Positions 25,601-39,584 of a DNA stretch of 64,000 nucleotides are shown one piece after another (within the stretch, counting starts at the first letter, position 1; the number at the start of each line of letters is the position of its first letter). A model generated the notes under the pieces. The model did not search any database. It saw only the letters and a program-made list of their open reading frames with translations, and was not told the origin of the DNA. This DNA is from Raja brachyura (lineage: Eukaryota), in contig OY740790.1 in assembly GCA_963514005.1 (NCBI GenBank), positions 46,376,001 through 46,440,000 of the forward strand. The letters are read 5' to 3'. The position numbers and the translations under genes were made by a program.

Positions 25601-28202
25601 CCTGGCCCTCCCCTATTAGTGTAAACTTGTGGTTGTACATTCTGTCTCTTTCTGACAGACTCTGGCTATCATTGCCTATTTTGCTACCTTACACCACCAT
25701 GCTGTTCCTTTTCTATAACTTTCTAAATTTCCCAATGCTAGAACATTGGGTTACAAAACCCAAATTCATCATGGCATAAAGAAACTTTCATTTCCATCAT
25801 TGTGCAATGCTTTGGAACAATACAATGAGTTCAGATTAGAGACAGAGAAAGTAGCCACCAGTGCCAAGTTCCAAACAAAAAACTACATAATTTTGGAAAT
25901 GCACCACTACTAACCTTGCTGCTCAATTTTCCATTATCTCCAACAGAGAGACAGTAGATTGTTCAAAATTCAACTTTGACAGCTTTGTCTACCATACATT
26001 TTTCTCACCATCAATGCAGAATTGCCTTTAATCACAAGAAACTCTTGAGACCATGAGTCCATCTTTTGACTCGCCAAGTTTAAAAAATCTACTGAAAATT
26101 ATTGATACATGCAAGACAGTGAGGCATTGCAAGGTTCAGGGAACATTTCTAAATTGGAATGAAAGTATTTTACCTTCTTCATTAATCAGCACTTAAATGG
26201 CACAATTTCAATCCCAGTTTAGGATGAATTTTTTTTTCACGCTTCCTGATGCCTTACATCATCTTCTTAGGCCTTAATCAGAATTATGGATAACCTGAAA
26301 TTTCCAATAACCCCCCCATTCCAATTCTATGGGTTCCCAAGGTCACTGATGTAGACCTGCAGATTCTTCCACAAATGAACAATTGACACCTAATGAGATG
26401 GGCACTTAATGATATGGTCACATGGGTAGTAATGTTCCTTCTGTCATTGACTCTGGATTTCTGTGCGCTCCTGGTGCTCAAATGCAGTGGTCATTCTCCA
26501 CTTTGAATTGTCATGGACCAGGGAGGATTCAGTGGGGATGCTGCATTTTTCCAAGGAGGATTTGTGAACATCCTTAGATATTTTCCTCTGTCATGTAACA
26601 GATCTCAGAATTGTGTCTGTTTCAGTAGGTGTGAGGCATGCCTAATGGAGCTGTGAAAATGATTATGGTCTCAATTCTGAGAATGTTGACCTGGAAAGAG
26701 AAATTGGCATTGATTTGCTTATCCTTCCAGTGGATTCAGCATACCGGCTGCAAACTATTCAATATGGGGAAGAACTTGCAACCCCCGAGTCCACTGTATT
26801 TTGAGATATGGAATGGTAGTTCCGAACTTGGGTAGAGGTTAGGTAGCTTCCAAACCTGATTATAGTTTATACAGCTTTAGGACTGATCATGAGACCAAGT
26901 TCAACTCCTGGTGGACAAATAAGTTGTTATTCGACCAGTTTATTCCAGAAATAAATTAGATCATCTTCTTAGGAAAGCCAGAGCAACTGGGCAACTACCC
27001 TGGATATAAGAAGGAAGAAAATCATTGAACCTTACAAGAATCTGATGGGATGTATCAGGGTGAATGTGGTGAGAGCATTTATTTACCCTGTTGGCAGAAT
27101 CTGGAATTTGGGTGCATATTTTCAGAACAGCACCACATTGAGAAGGGATTTTTTCTTTTGAATCTTCCCAGTAAAAGAACTGTTGATGTGATCCACAAAT
27201 GTCAAAGCTAAGATAGATTTTTGTACAGCAGACTTAAAGGGAAAAGGCAGAAAAGTGGAATGACAGCCAGTGATCAGGTCTATCATTGAAAATTGGAAAA
27301 GCGTCATTAAGAAATGAAATGAATCATTATTTAAAATGAGAACAGGGAAAATAATTTGATCAGAGCTGTCGTATTTCATCCCTTGCATATAACATATACA
27401 CAAATAGGTTAGATGTTTATCTTTAACAAAAACTATTTTTTCATTTGGTAAATTAATGACGAGTCTGAAAACTATTCAGATCAACTTGAAATAAGTGAAA
27501 AATCAAGATTTACAAATACAGGATAGGTGTCAATGTGTCAATATAACTGAAGCGTTGAAAGTTTTTAGTTACTGTACATTTTCTGTCCAGCAAAGAAATC
27601 AGTATTTTTATAGGAAATCAAAGGCAAGATAAAATGGAGATACGACACAGTCACTAAAGTGAGGCTAAAGTCTTTTTGTTTTATAAAATGGGACCAGTCG
27701 ATATTAACTGCGGCATGGGGAAATTGACAAGTGGGGCCACTTCACAATATTTAAATACGAAAAATGCTGCACAATGTATTTTTCTGCCTAGTTTTAAAAG
27801 GTCAGCCTTTCATTTTCTTTCATAATTCACCGATACTAGTCTGGCATGGTGCCCAGTATTCTACAAAAACACAAGCTACTGAACACTGCATTGCCCCGTC
27901 GATTGGTATAATAAAGCTTACATATTTCATGCATGTAATTTCCTTTAGCTGAAAATCACTCACTATAAAAATATAATCAGATTGCGTTTGCTTTGTTCAC
28001 AATGGATTTTCTACAAAACAATACCAGAGCATTATTTAAAAGGAAAGTTCCCTTTATCACATATAGCTCAAATCTTTTCAGTAAGAAGACTCGCACAATT
28101 TTTTGGGATGCAGGCACACGACGTTCGCAGTTACATTATTTCTGTAACACAAGAATGCAGCTTTGACAGAATTACAGCAGAATGGAGAATAAAAGACAGT
28201 AC

Positions 28203-28276
28203 CTTTTAGAACGTCGGAGCATGCTTGTGTCCGGCATAGAAAAATTGGAGAGCAGAGTCCAAAAAGAGTCAGACAT
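28203..28276 (-). CDS. MAST2: Alternative first coding exon of the MAST kinase (MAST1-like N-terminus)
   Basis: gaacATG with an in-frame upstream TAA; MSDSFWTLLSNFSMPDTSMLRRSK+AG|gtactg; phase 2 joins the 8443 exon as ...[14 protein letters not shown]. Closely resembles recalled MAST1 [37 protein letters not shown]. Confidence 0.88.
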
Positions 28277-30499
28277 GTTCCTTTATACTTGTCATGGCTG
28301 CAGAATATGGTACTTGCTCACCACTGAGAGCTCAGCTTTTCCCTCTGGACTGCAAGGTTATTCCATTAAGGTTAGTCAGAAACGCACAGTCTGTGCTGCC
28401 TGCTCTGCTTTCTACTGATTATGCCTGGCTTTCTATGCATGTGCAGGTAATGGCAATTCAAGCTGGACTGGCTGCACTATCATAGGCTTTGTTAATGCAC
28501 TGCAACAAAGTCATTTAAGACCAAAGGATCAACTGCTGCTACATTAACCGTTCAACTTTATTTTTGGTCAAACCCGTTTTTAAAAAATCAGTTGATATTC
28601 ATATATTCCGTCTGATCTGAGCACCGAATACTATTCTTCCAGAATTTGCAGGAACTAGTGTTAACATAATTAACAACAACATACATTAGCATGGGATTAG
28701 TCTAATATTCGAGGCTCAGGGAGAATGAAAAATGGATAAATAAATTAAACACTCTTTCTTTTATAGAGTAGTGGTGAATGGACTTGTGGGTTTGTATTAG
28801 TTTATGAAATCTGACCAGATCTGTTTAGAAAGAAAACATACACAAAATTTAAAGGGATGATTATAGCCAGTCAAATAAAAATATTAGAAACGGGAGAAAA
28901 CCTGTGCTTATGGAGATTGAATAACATGGCAAAGAAACTACTTCCATGGGGTAGAGTTTCCATTGCAGGTTCAAAACCAAAATTTAATTTAACACATAAA
29001 GTATACCTGGATGAAAATCAAATCATACCCGACAGTTAAGACAGAGGAGCTCAGAGAATGGACATGCACTCGGGATTGTGATATTATACCGATTACAAAA
29101 ATATGGTTGAGAGATGGGCAGGACTGGAAACTCAATGTTCTGAGTGTAGAAGCAACATGCGTGATTCAGATGGACACGGGCAAGGAGAAAGAACGATTAT
29201 GGAGAACAATTAGGCGGAATTCAGAGGATATTCCTTGGGGAGTGACCAGTGAAGGTACAAGGGTGACATTTAGGAGCAAAAATACTTTAATGACTTTTAT
29301 GGGATTATACTATAAATCAGTGTGCATTAGAGATGGAAATATGAAATATATAGGGAAGTCACAGAGTTGGAGGAATAATAGGGTTTTAATAGTAGTTAAT
29401 ATGAACTTCCCTGATTTTGACTGGGATAGACACAGTGCGAAGGGATTAGATGGGACAGAATTTAAGTGTGTCCTGGAAAGTCTTTTCAAGCCTATGTAGA
29501 TGACCCGAAGAGATAGCAGGCAACACTGGACTTCCTCTTGAGAAACAAAGCTCACCAAGTGGCCTAAATGGGGGAACACTTGGGTCAGTGACGATAATTC
29601 AATCAGTTAACTATAAAAACAGTTATGGAAAAAGATAGAACTGATCTCTATATAGATGTCCTAATTTGTGGCAAAGCCAATTTTGATGGCAATAGACAAA
29701 AACTTGCAATGGTTGATTGGGATTGGTTGTTAGCTGGTAAGGGACATTGAGGATTATAATAGTGGGAGAGTTCAGCGTCAACAGATTCTTGTGAGAATGG
29801 AGGGCAAGGCTGGCTTGAACAGGGAGCCCTGGCAGATAAGGATATTGAGGCTCTGGTGCATTAAAAAGGAGGCATATGACATGGATAGAGGCATCAGGGA
29901 TCAAAGAAATCTCTTGTTGACACTTAAGGAGAAAATCAGGAAGGCAAAAAAGAGATATCCTTGGCAGATTAGGTAAAGGAGAATTTTAAGAAATTCTATA
30001 AATATTAAAAGCAATGGAGTAATAAGAAAGAGAATAGCCTCTTTTAAGGTAGTGGTCAGCTATGTGTGGAATCACGGGAGATGGACGAGGTCTTGAATAC
30101 TTCTCATCTGTATTCACCGTGGAGAGGATTATGGATGCTAGGAAATTCAGAAAAGTGAGCAGTGATGGCCTGAAACATATTAATAGGACAAAAGAGGATA
30201 TGTTGGTGGTCTTGATGCACATAAACATGGATAGATCACGAGGACCTAACCAATTGTATCCTAGGATGGCGTGGGAAGCAAGGGAAGAAATTGTTGGGAG
30301 TCCGGGCAGAGATTTCTGCATCTTTCTTACCCAGGGGCAAGGTACTGAAAGATTGGAGGGTTGCATCTTTAATGGTGCTTCTTTATTGAAGAAGATCTGC
30401 AAGATCAAGCCAGGAACTACGCTCAGGTGAGCCCTCCATTGGCGATCAGTATGTTACTAAAGGGGATTCCGAGCGACAAAATCTACCTGCATTTGGAAG

Positions 30500-32070
30500 G
30501 CTCATAAATCTGCAGTGCATGATGATCTGCATCCCAGGGTACTTAAGGAAGTGGCTCTAGAAATCATGGATGCATTGGTGATAATTTTTCAATGTTCTAA
30601 AGACTCAGGATCAGTTCCTGTGGATTGGAGGGTAGCTAATGTTATCCCACTTTTTAAGAAAGGCGGAAGAGAGAAAACGGGGAATTAATGACCAGTTAGG
30701 TGGTGGGAAAGATGCTGGAGTCAATTATAAAAGATGAGATAGCCGCACATTTGGATAGCAGTAACAGGATCAGTCCGAGTCACCATGGATTTACGAAGGG
30801 GAAATCATGCTTGACTAATCTTCTGGAATTTTTTGAAGATGTAACTAGGAAAATGGACAAAGGAGAGCCAGTGGATGTAGTGTACCTGGACTTTCAGAAA
30901 GCATTTGATAAGGTCCCACGTAGGAGATTAGTGGGCAAAATTATGGCACATGGTATCGGGGGTAGAGTGCTGACATGGATAGAGGAGTGGTTGGCTGACA
31001 GGGAACAAATTTAGGGATAGAAAACAATAGGGATTAACGGGTCCCTTTATAGAATGGCAGGCAGTGACTAGTGGGGTACCGCAAGGCTCGGTGCTGGGAG
31101 CGCAGCTATTTACATTATACATCAATGATTTGGATGAATGGATTCGAAGTAACATTAGCAAATTTGCAGATGACACAAAGCTGGGTGGCAGTGTGAACTG
31201 TGAGGAGGATGCTATGAGAATGCAGGGTGACTTGGACAGGTTGGGGGAGTGGGCAGATGCATGGCAGATTAAGTTTAATGCGGATAAATGTGAGGTTATC
31301 CACTTTGGTAGCAAAAACAGGAAGGCAGATTACTATCTAAATGGCGTCTGGTTGGGAAAAGGTGAAGTACAACGGGATCTGGGGGTCCTTGTACATCAGT
31401 CTATGAAAGTAAGTATGCAGGTACAGCAGGCAGTGAAGAAAGTGAATAGCATTTTGGCCTTCATAACAAGAGGAATCAAATATAGGAGCAAAGGTCCTTC
31501 TGCAGTTGTACAGAGCCCTAGTGAGACCACACCTGGAGTATCATGTGCAGGTTTTGTCCCCTAATTTGAGGAAATACATTCTTGCTATTGAGGGAGTGCA
31601 GCATAGGTTGACAAGGTTAATTCCTGGGATGGCAGGACTGTCATATGCTGAGAGAATGGAGCAGCTGGGCTTGTACACTCTGGAGTTCAGAAGGATGAGA
31701 GGGGATCTCATTGAAACATATAAGATTGTTAAGGGCTTGGACACACTAGAGGCAGGAAACATGTTCCCGGTGTTGGGGGAGTCCACAGTTTGAGAATAAG
31801 GAGTAGGCCATTTAGATCGGAGACAAGGAAACACTTTTACTCACAGAGAGTGGTGAGTCTGTGGAATTCTCTGCCTCAGATGGTGGTGGAGGCAGGTTCT
31901 CTGGATGCTTTCAAGAGAGAGCTAGATAGGACTCTTAAAGATAGCAGAGTCTGGGGATATGGGGAGAAGACAGGAACAGGGTAGTGATTGGGGATGATCA
32001 GCCATGATCACATGAATGGTGGTGCTGGCTCGAAGGGCCAAATGGCCTACTCCTGCACCTATTGTCTATT
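30500..32070 (+). mobile_element. Younger CR1 nested in the old CR1
   Basis: HGFTKGKSCLTNLLEFF, YLDFQKAFDKV, SGVPQGSVLG and KFADDTK; possible TSD TTGGAA(T)GGC. Confidence 0.88.
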
Positions 32071-32654
32071 GGAATGGCAAAAATTGGATATTGGACATGC
32101 CTTTGAGTGGGAAGTCATGTCTTCTGAATTTACTCGAGTTTTTTAGAAAAGGTGAAACAGAATCGGTGATGGTAGGACAGTGGCTGTCTATATGAACTTT
32201 AACAAAGCTTTAGACAAGGTCCCGCATTGCAGACTGGAAGGTGAGAACATATGGGATCTCAGGATGGGCTCGCCATTAAAATGCAAAATTGGCTTGGTGG
32301 AAGGAGTCAGAGGATTGTACTGGAGAATTATTTCCCCCCCAGATTCGACGTCTGACACCAGGTGTGCAACAAGGATCGGTGCTGAGAACCCAATTGTTTG
32401 TCATATATGTAAAATTGAATGAGAATGTGGGTGGCATCGTTAGCAAGTTTGCTGATAACACCAAAATTAGTGTTGTGGTGGATGGTGATAATCATTGCCT
32501 AAGGCTACAACTGGGTCCAGAAAGTAGTCAAAGGAATGGCAGACAGAATTCAACTCAGATCAGTATGTGATGCATTTTGGTAAGTTAAACCTGGGAAGGA
32601 TATACACATTAAACAACAATATGCTGGGGGGAGTGGTAGAACAGAGACTGAAAG

Positions 32655-32880
32655 AAATACAAAACAGTACAACGTTTGGAGTAACTTAGCAGATCAAACA
32701 TCATCTAACATGGACAGGTGACGTTTTGGGTCATGATCCTTCTTCAAACAGTCTGAAGAAGGATCTCAACTGGATATTTCACCTATCCATCTTCTACAGT
32801 GATGCTACCTGACCTGCTGTGTTACCCCAGCACTTTGTGCCATTTTGTGTGTCAACCAACATCTGCAGTTGCTTGTTCTA
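32655..32880. mobile_element. Older fold-back Penelope pLTR insert
   Basis: GGTGACGTTTTGGGTCATGATCCTTCTTCA...CAGTCTGAAGAAGGATC inverted halves; flanks ACAGAGACTGA/ACAGACTGA. Confidence 0.65.
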
Positions 32881-34259
32881 CAGACTGAGAGATGTAATTA
32901 CACAATTCCCTGAAAATGATAACACAAGTAGACAAGGTCATGAAGAAGGCATCTGGTGCACTTGTCTTCTTTGGCAGGAATCTTGAGTACATGAATTGGG
33001 ACATCACGTTACAGCTGTACAAGATGTTGGTGAGATACTGAGTACAAGAGAGGATGCTGAAAGATTTACAAGAATGGTGCTGGACTAGAGGGTTTGAGTT
33101 ATAAAAATAGATAGGGTAGACTAGTACAGTTTTTCCTTGAGCAAAGGAGACCAAAGGGTGAACTTAGAGGTATATGAAATCATGATGAATGGTCACTGAC
33201 TTTATCCAAGGGTAGAGGAATCTAATACTGGAGAGCAGAGGTTTAAGGTGTGAGGGAAAGATTTAAAGGGAAGAATAAATGGTGGTAGGTGTATGTTGAT
33301 AGAGGAGGTGGTTGAGGCTGATACAAAAGCAACATTTAAAACAGTTGGACAGGTTCATGGATAGAGAACTTTTAGAGGCATAAGGGCCAAACGCAGGCAA
33401 ATAGGACTAGCTCAAGAAGACAGCCTTGTAAGCATGGGTGAGTTGGCCCAAAGGACCTGTTTCCATGCTGTTTCACTCTGCAAATAGGAGACTATATGAC
33501 AACAATTCATCATCATTTGTATTTTCAGTTGGGCAAGGGAATCAATTTCAAAGTACAAAAGGAAAATATTATATGCACAATGGGCTGGAAATGCTGGTGT
33601 AGGATGGGCAATAACCTTTAGAATCTTTAAATATCAAATTTCTGTGAAGGTCAATAGAATTACATGTTTTACATGGCATATTGCACAAAAACACATAAGC
33701 TTTGTGGCTTTATTTTATGCAACTGTTGATACTTCAAGACAGTCAATTTTAGCACAAAAAGGTATACAATATTTTTCTATTCAGCTGCACAAAGGAGAAT
33801 TAAAACAACCAACTAACACATCGTTTGTGAAATCAACAAAAAGGTTACACATACAAAGGTATTCAAAAATCATTGCCCCAAAGGATTCTAATGCACAAAA
33901 CAAAGACTCATGTGTTGAAATAGGCACGAAAATGGTTGATTCTATAAAAGTTTGCCAACTGAGGAAAACAAGTGCTTTGTATCTGCTCAATGTTGGCTGG
34001 CAAAATATACTATTTAAAGCTGTAAGTTCTTATAATTAAATGTTCTCCAAGTACAAACACAAAAACCTTGAGCTAAAGGTTTTTGTCTTTCCAAATGAAG
34101 TATGGAAAAATCACCTCGCTTCAAAAGGGAAAGCGTACAAGATGTACATGTGGCATCCACAAATGAATTTCCAAACATGGAAAATGTAAAAGCAGCAAAA
34201 ATACAGCACGGAACAAGAAACAGAAAATCATAGCAACAGTAAACTTGCTTCACACTTAC

Positions 34260-34279
34260 AAGTCTGGCTGAGGCTGCAT
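34260..34279 (-). CDS. Candidate alternative micro first exon (MQPQPD-F) of the MAST kinase
   Basis: ATG CAG CCT CAG CCA GAC TT|gtaagt; phase 2 fits the 8443 acceptor; in-frame upstream stop. No homology support available. Confidence 0.45.
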
Positions 34280-34322
34280 TCCATGATTGTTGAAAGCAAG
34301 AGGTTACAGACTATGCTTAAAG

Positions 34323-35528
<1,206 letters not shown>

Positions 35529-36419
35529 GCTTAAAGGGACTGCTTGGATTTCGCTCCATTTCAGTCTAATGCCCTGATTTCACCTGGAGGGATGAACAAA
35601 TTAAAAACCTTTTTAATTAGTCTATTTCTCAAATTGGTTTTGAGCTGATTTTGGCTGTATGGCTTTCTACTGTGATTTAGTCTACACCAATGTGTCCACT
35701 GGAGGAGGTTTCCATCAGCAATCCTGAATCCTTCCCAAACAACTCAGTGCCAAAAGGACTTGAGTCTTTTGTACACACCAGAAATTTTAAAGCAATTTAT
35801 TAGTTTATTTTGGTTCTATTTAAAGATACGAAAGAACAAATATTATTTTGTTAAGTTTTAAAAGTTGGGCCAGATCATGCCGGCCCAGTCTTCATATCAG
35901 AATCACTGAGGTCTGTTCATACCTGTATGTATCGGAGATGGATGTGTGGGGCTTATGTAGCTTCCCATCCCAGAAGGTAGCATGTGGCCTGCAATGCTAG
36001 AGATTTAAGTGCTGCAATGAGCAGTTTCTACCTCTAAAAGGTCCCTGGCAGTTTCTGACAGTCGACAAAGTTGCGACCAGGGTTTAGGCAAAGTTGTCAT
36101 AAATTTTAAGAGGCTCTGACAAAGACATTTATAAAACATTAAAATCAGCATATGTGATTAAACATTATTTCATGCACAAAATAATTTAAAACTGTAAATT
36201 AAAGTGAAATAATGAAAGCAGTAAAATATCTTTCTCTTTCCCATTAATCTCTAAAACCTGAGACAAGGAACCACATCCCCTGCAAAAAGCTGAAGACAGA
36301 GCTTCAATATTGCGCTGTTGCAGTGGAGCAATATGATAGATTTGGCTTTCTAAATCAGTTAACAAGTTCCTGATTCATGCATTTCATGGCGTACAGATCT
36401 TAATTCAGCCTCAATGATT

Positions 36420-36685
36420 GTGGTGCAGCAATAAAGTTGCTGTCTTATAGCGCCAGAGAACCAGGTTCGGTCCTGACTTTATGGATTTTGTACCACGTGG
36501 GTTTTCTCCGTGTGCTCCAGTTTCTGCATTCACTCAATATGTGCAGGTTTGTAGCTTTATTGGAGTTGGTAAATTTTTCAATTGTTCGAAGTGTACCGAA
36601 TAGTGCTAGGGTACGGGGAATTGAGGGTCAGAATGGACTAGGTGGGCCAAGGGGCCTGTTTCTGTGCTGTAACTCTAAAGGATAA
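36420..36685 (+). mobile_element. tRNA-derived V-SINE (HE1-like)
   Basis: A box GTGGTGCAGC, B box GGTTCGGTCC, V-domain GTGGGTTTTCTCCGTGTGCTCCAGTTTC, CR1-type tail GGGCCTGTTTCTGTGCTGTA. Confidence 0.78.
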
Positions 36686-37560
36686 AGAATGGCAGTAGTT
36701 CCTAACAATATTCCTTGAAAATGACACCAAAGATAAAAAATAGTTCCATTAATTTAAATACAAATAACTCCAACTACATATTTATGTAGACACAAGGAAC
36801 TCAGATGCTGATTTACAAATAAAGTCACAAACTGCTGGAGTAACTCAGCAGGTCAGGCAGCATCTCTGGGGAAAATACATATATAATATTTCAAGTTGGG
36901 ACCCTTCTTCAGACTGATTGTAGTTGTGCAAGGGGAGGAAGGAAGTTGGAAGAGATGCAAGGACAGGACAAAGCCTGGCAAGTGACAGTGAGGGAGGTAT
37001 TTTTTTTTTTAAATAGGGTGAAGTTTGGACAAAGACCAGGGATGAAGAGACACAAAGCATGAGATTAGTATGACAGAAGTGTGAAATGCAAAGTCATAGG
37101 AAGGAAAAGAGGTAAAGGGGACAGGGGGAGGGGCAGGGCCGGACTTAAGCCGATTGGACCGATTTTTCCAAATTCAGCCCCGCACCCAAGGGGGGCCTTG
37201 CATTAATTTTCGGTATTTCATGTGGAAATACAAATTTGTTTTGTTAAATAAAGATATTTTTATTAAACATTCGCCATACAGATTTTTTTACAAAACGAAC
37301 ATGGATAATAACCACTGCACGGCCATCGGACACAAATGTGTTAACTACTACTGTAGCACTTGTTAACAGCCAGTAGGTAACAAGTAGTTAAACAATGTGT
37401 TATCTATGCATCGATCCACATTCGTGAGTAAATGTAAATGTGTTTTCAACAAGTATTAAGTATGAAGGTGCGTTCCTTTGAATAAAATTCCCGCGTCATC
37501 AAAACACAATTACATTCACTGAGGAATGTAGATCGCATTGATGACAGATTGAGAAGTTCT

Positions 37561-37562
<2 letters not shown>

Positions 37563-37614
<52 letters not shown>
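37563..37614 (+). repeat. (CT)n microsatellite
   Basis: About 26 perfect CT units. Confidence 0.97.
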
Positions 37615-37616
<2 letters not shown>

Positions 37617-37639
37617 AATCATTGACATTTTACGCTTGA

Positions 37640-37772
37640 CACGCTTGGAGAAACTCAGCGGATGAGGCAGCATCTATGGAGCGAGGGAAATACGCAACAT
37701 TTCGGTTCGAAACCCTTCTTCAGACCAGATCTGAAACGTTGGCTATTTCCTTCGCTCCATAAATGCTGCCTC
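37640..37772. mobile_element. Fold-back Penelope pLTR piece
   Basis: GAGGCAGCATCTATGGAGCGAGGGAAATA...TATTTCCTTCGCTCCATAAATGCTGCCTC. Confidence 0.75.
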
Positions 37773-37995
37773 AAGCCCTCTCCCACTGTGAGAGTTCACC
37801 CAAGAGCTCTCCCGAGATTAAAATCTCTGTGTAGCATCTCTGTCCCGATCTTCAAATTCCCACTTTGAAATAAAATACAACTTTCGACAGCAGGATCGCG
37901 ATTAGTGGATTCCTAAGCATTTTCAATCATCGTTCGATTCAGTGTAATTTTCACACCTGGTTGATGTAGTTTTTTTTAAAAGATTCAGTACATTA

Positions 37996-39584
37996 CATGG
38001 CTGTCGCTTAACTTTTTTTCCCTGTTGCCAGCCGGGCAAACTTGACAGCTTTTCAGGTTGCCAAATGACAGTTTAGGTGGTCATTTAAGACGGTTTGCAT
38101 GAAGCGTGCGATAATGTGCTCGGACGAAGTGCGTAATTACCAATCGGAATTATGCTCAATGAAGCATTCACATATTATGTTGAAGAAGGAACTGCAGATG
38201 CTGGAAAATCGAAGGTAGACAAAAGTGCTGGAGAAACTCAGCGGGTGCAGCAGCATCTATGGAGCAAAGGAAATAGGCAACGTTTCAGGCCGAAACCCAT
38301 CAGTCTGAAGAAGGGTTTCTCCCCGAAACGCTGCCCATTTCCTTCGCTTCATAGATGCTGCCGTATCCGCTGAGTTTCTCCAACACTTTTGTCTACATTC
38401 ACATATTATTTCTGCTTCAAAAAACTCACAAACTAAACATATTCACCAATCAAGACATGATATATACCGCAATGACATGCAGCAAAATTATAATACAAAT
38501 TCTCAACTCTTTTTACACATTGTAATTAATGCAATTTCTATTAGTTCTTTCCACTTCCAAACAAAAATGTGGTTGGATTATTCAGCATATGATCAACCTG
38601 TGTCAATAAATCCTGGACCATGGTAACATATATGCTTAACCATGCACACTACATATGTTTAAAGGTGTCAAAACAAAGAATAACATTGGGAATTAAAACA
38701 CATTTGATTGCATTCTGTTTTCAACCATAGTCAATGTTCGCTCTGAAGACCATGAAGCACAATAGGGTCAAGGGGGTGTGTGAATCAGTGTGAGTAGATG
38801 GGGAGGGGAGCACAGGGGATGTCAGTGAGGACTCAATAGAGGAGGGAATGGGGATCAGTGCGGGATGTAGAGGAGTGGTCCCAGGATAAGAGGGGTGGAG
38901 GGAGACGTACGAGAGAGAGAGGGGGGGGGAGGGGCAGAGGAGGTCAGGAGGGAAGGGGCAGAGGAGGTGGGGAGGAAGGAAGGTCAGCACTCCTCGGACA
39001 ACATCGGCCCGCTGCCCTGGCTATCCCTGTCCAATGCCAAAGTGCCGCCGCCAAAGGGGGAGGCGGTTGGGACCTCCTCGCCACCGACAGGTAGGTGTGG
39101 GGCCGAGCGGTGCAGCTCAAAGATCTTTGGATCTCCCTCCCTCGGCCACTGCCTGAAAATCCACCAACGGCGTTTCAAAACAACCCCTCTCACACGCCGA
39201 GGCCAGGAGGAGGGAGGGAGGAAGGGAAAGGGAGACCTCCTTCTGCCGGGCGGGGTGCAGTAGGAGGTGGTGGTGGAGCCGCTGTCGCAGCCGCTGTTGC
39301 TGCTGTTCGGGGCCCGTCATTCACTGCAACCCATCGTCACCACACACCTAGTATCTTTGCCCCGCAATCAAAGATACTAGAGGAATACAGCCGCCGACAC
39401 GAAACGTCACGTTCCTATTCTCCAGAGTTGCTGCCTGACTCACGGAGTAACTCCAGTTTTTTGTGTTTATCGGTATAAACCAGTATTTGCGTGCCAAGCC
39501 GGGCAAAATGAGTCAGCGTTTAAGTTGCCCGGCGGCACTTTGGGTGGTCAATGGCACCCGGGCAACCACTAATTTCGAGCCCTG
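37996..39584. mobile_element. Family C copy 2, inverted relative to copy 1 and nested in B
   Basis: CATGGCTGTCGCTTAAC (degenerate end)...AATTTCGAGCCCTG; perfect 5-bp TSD CATTA (37991-37995 and 39585-39589). Confidence 0.85.
38179..38395. mobile_element. Fold-back Penelope-derived insert with 14-bp TSD
   Basis: TSD CATTCACATATTAT (38165-38178 and 38396-38409); the empty site is single-copy in family C copy 1 (~23065-23080, reverse strand). Confidence 0.9.

Larger units (their letters stand above)
28960..33490 (+). mobile_element. Old, long CR1 LINE (endonuclease to 3' tail), heavily degenerate, hosting nested inserts
   Basis: DIIPITKIWL, MNFPDFDW, VYMNFNKALDKVPH and PGVQQGSVL...SKFADNTK motifs; tail near 33480. 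Confidence 0.78.

Noticed and set aside
28182-28485. Plus-strand ORFs of 78 and 63 aa
   Set aside because: Antisense shadows of the MAST first exon and its 5'UTR.
36420-36480. tRNA gene
   Set aside because: The A/B boxes belong to a SINE head followed by a V-domain; no full cloverleaf.
38858-39478. Overlapping Gly/Arg-rich ORFs
   Set aside because: GC-rich interior of family C copy 2; no domain motifs.
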